Shown here in pieces: positions 24,552-26,680 of a stretch of 26,680 nt of DNA. This DNA comes from a virus (lineage: Duplodnaviria > Heunggongvirae > Uroviricota > Caudoviricetes): positions 1 through 26,680 of the IMG/VR virus record IMGVR_UViG_3300029841_000117; one strand, 5' to 3'. A program made the translations under genes and the position numbers. The notes beneath the pieces are model-generated. The model made no database searches. It was not told the origin of the DNA and saw only the letters and a program-made list of their open reading frames with translations. The first letter of the stretch is position 1. The number at the start of each line of letters is the position of its first letter.

Positions 24552-24734
24552 TTACTCTGTTTTTGTATAGAGACCGCAGTGGCAGGTTCCACTTGCCATC
24601 TCTCTGAATTCCTTACACATACACTTTGTATCCTCGTTCTTTTCGAGGGAGCATGGGCAGAAGCCATTATTGTCTTTCAATGCTTTGCGCATATCGTTAA
24701 CGAACTCTTTGTCTGGATTGATGTTGATTTTCAT
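24552..24734 (-). CDS. Minimal ferredoxin:thioredoxin reductase catalytic-subunit-like protein (~60 aa)
   Basis: GFCPC...KCMC...GTCHCGLY: three CxC motifs matching FTR catalytic CPC/CPC/CHC. Likely start ATG 24734 (GGAG upstream). Confidence 0.85.
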   Translation of the reverse strand: MKININPDKEFVNDMRKALKDNNGFCPCSLEKNEDTKCMCKEFREMASGTCHCGLYTKTE

Positions 24735-24754
24735 TGATGTCTTCTCCAATATGT

Positions 24755-25243
24755 TTAACTGTCGAACCGCTCTGCGTATTGATTATCAGAAGCGAGTTCG
24801 ACGCCAAGCACTTCATCAAATATGTGCTTTTGGTTTGGGATGTATCGTCCGAACTTCACAATCACATTTCCATAAGTGGCAAGCTGTTGAATCCATTCAG
24901 GGACTTCTTCAAAGTAGTAACCAGTATAAATGACAACGTCGTCTTTGCACTGGAATTGACCGCGAAGAACCTCAAGAAACGAACACAGCTCATCAAATTG
25001 TTCAAGCGGTTCAAGCCCACCAAACACGATTGATTCCGTAAGCGGATTATTCAGATACCGGAGGCACAGTTGTTCGTCGTCAATACTGATGGGGGCGCTT
25101 GCACGCCACCCATCATTTTGACAGACCGACAACGGGATACCTGCTTCAATACAGCATTTACCACCACAAGAAATCGTTCCAATGAACATCGCTGGCTTTT
25201 TATAATTAGTGAAGTCTTCATCCACAATTGTCTTTACTCTCAT
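24755..25243 (-). CDS. nrdG: Anaerobic ribonucleotide reductase activating protein (radical SAM)
   Basis: ATGA overlap with nrdD; DFTNYKKP, Cys cluster, FGGLEP, IYTGY, VKFGRY and LASDNQ. Confidence 0.88.
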   Translation of the reverse strand: MRVKTIVDEDFTNYKKPAMFIGTISCGGKCCIEAGIPLSVCQNDGWRASAPISIDDEQLCLRYLNNPLTESIVFGGLEPLEQFDELCSFLEVLRGQFQCKDDVVIYTGYYFEEVPEWIQQLATYGNVIVKFGRYIPNQKHIFDEVLGVELASDNQYAERFDS

Positions 25244-26680
25244 TCGCTCATAGCCTCCGCATAGCTGTACCACTGTCTTGTGTTAAACTCACGGAAACGG
25301 TCTTTGGAGTAAGCCCTTGATGGGACGAGATACCCAACAATGCGCTGGTATGTATCAAAGACAGGCTCACCGCATACTGGGCAATGGTCAGTACCAACAA
25401 AGCCGTGATGGTTCTTGCACTCGTTGATACGGGTGTTGAACGCAAAGTAAATCACGCCAGCCTGAGCAATCTTGTTCAGCATCTTCCACGCTGTTTCCGT
25501 ATTCGGGAAGTTGGATTCCAAATTGATGTGCGCGATGCTGCCGCCAGAACACTTTTCATCAAGGATTGAGCTGAGGCGGAGCTTCTCCTGAATGGTGCAT
25601 TTCGCAGACAGCGGAATCCACTGGTTCGAGTAGATGAACTTGTCATTGTGGTCGTACAGAACGTTGTCTTTCTGGCACAGGATAACTGCCGCACGCTCTG
25701 CAGGAACACTCTCGATGTTGAAAGAGTAAGCATCGGTGAAGTTGTCCTTGACCTCATTCAGTACCTCAAAGATTTTGCTTGCAAAAGCGATGCCTTCATC
25801 GGTGTAACTGATGTAACCAAACTCATCCGTCTCGGTGTAACCAAATGCCTCGATGACTTCATACAGACCAAGGATGCCCATTGTGCAGTATTGCTTGTCC
25901 ATCTCGACCGCGCCATCCTGATAGTTGGGGAGCAACCCCTTCTCAACGTTTCTCTGGATGATATGGCGTACAGTATCGAGTGTCTTACAACACAGCAACG
26001 CACGCTTTTTGAGCAGAGCAAGATACTTTTTCTCGTCACACTCAGTTTCCAACGCAATCCGCATGAGGTTGATTGTGTTGACCTTCACAGAACCGATGGA
26101 GAGTGCTGTGCCGCCAATCGAATTGATGAATGCGTTGAGTTTTGAAGTATCAGACAGCAGTCGGCAGCAGTTACTCAGCGTGTTTACATCGCCGCTGATG
26201 AAAAAGTTGCTGTCATTCCATGTCACATTGTGGTCGGAACACCATCTGGCGAACTCTTCATCGACGAATTTGCCGTCACGGTAAAGCAAACTGTATGTCA
26301 GCACTGGGAACGTAAACATATTCTCGCTTCTGATTTGCGAAACGACCTCCATAAAGAGCTTTTGATGCTCAATCAGCTCTTCAACACAGTCAATCACATA
26401 TGTTCCGTCAGGATATTGCACGCCGCCGAACAACGCCTCAATGTAATTCCGGTCAAAAATTGACACATTAACAAAAGCAGTCTGGTCGATGCGCATAAAC
26501 GGCTGGTTCAGGCGGTAGATAAACTTCTGGAAGCACTGCTTGATGTAGTATTCGGGGTTCTTAATGAAGTGACCACTCTCACAGTCCTTTTTCCAGAAGT
26601 AATACGTCCAGATAAGGACGTTGGGGATGCCTACAGCACCGGAACTACGATTGCTCATGTAGCTGATATACTCAATTACG
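25240..26680 (-). CDS. nrdD: Class III (anaerobic) ribonucleoside-triphosphate reductase, 5' part outside the window
   Basis: FTFPV, finger loop SNCCRL, TINL, NIESVPAE, SGG, Zn site C..H..CPVC and glycyl-radical loop RIVGY. The frame stays open upstream of ATG 26658 (VIEYISY) to the window edge. Confidence 0.95.
   Translation of the reverse strand, partial: VIEYISYMSNRSSGAVGIPNVLIWTYYFWKKDCESGHFIKNPEYYIKQCFQKFIYRLNQPFMRIDQTAFVNVSIFDRNYIEALFGGVQYPDGTYVIDCVEELIEHQKLFMEVVSQIRSENMFTFPVLTYSLLYRDGKFVDEEFARWCSDHNVTWNDSNFFISGDVNTLSNCCRLLSDTSKLNAFINSIGGTALSIGSVKVNTINLMRIALETECDEKKYLALLKKRALLCCKTLDTVRHIIQRNVEKGLLPNYQDGAVEMDKQYCTMGILGLYEVIEAFGYTETDEFGYISYTDEGIAFASKIFEVLNEVKDNFTDAYSFNIESVPAERAAVILCQKDNVLYDHNDKFIYSNQWIPLSAKCTIQEKLRLSSILDEKCSGGSIAHINLESNFPNTETAWKMLNKIAQAGVIYFAFNTRINECKNHHGFVGTDHCPVCGEPVFDTYQRIVGYLVPSRAYSKDRFREFNTRQWYSYAEAMSE

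Larger units (their letters stand above)
21799..26680. mobile_element. Right integrative element, prophage-like, continuing beyond the window
   Basis: att-like repeats, int, xis, then phage-type membrane protein, dUTPase and nrdDG genes. Confidence 0.8.

Noticed and set aside
25240..26658. Naturally short or split NrdD of 472 aa
   Set aside because: The frame is open to the window edge, so the truncation is a window artefact.

Overview
Firmicute (Clostridia-like) DNA made up almost entirely of two integrative mobile elements. Their Tn916-family tyrosine integrases converge on a stranded 3' fragment of lysS (FPTMK motif, linker and tRNA-binding OB domain; 21329-21814). The left element (1 to ~21330) carries xis-like/int on the + strand and a ~18.6 kb minus-strand operon. 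In transcription order the operon encodes a small Arg/Lys-rich peptide, YqaJ exonuclease, RecD2 helicase, a Rad52-like annealing protein, a primase-YodL fusion, PcfK, PcfJ, NAD-dependent ligase, two large unknown proteins and a DUF4120-like protein. An HTH gene and the start of a response regulator follow. The operon has a near-consensus sigma-A promoter overlapped by tandem NrdR-type boxes, a ~300-nt structured leader with two terminator-like stems, and several internal terminators. I infer a dNTP-sensing, antitermination-controlled DNA-metabolism programme, which is the best candidate for an undescribed system here. The right element (~21800 to beyond 26680) is prophage-like: int, xis with a probable ATT start, a membrane protein, dUTPase, a minimal ferredoxin:thioredoxin-reductase-like protein, nrdG and a redoxin-type class III nrdD cut by the window edge. 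All family calls come from recognising motifs by eye; no searches were run.
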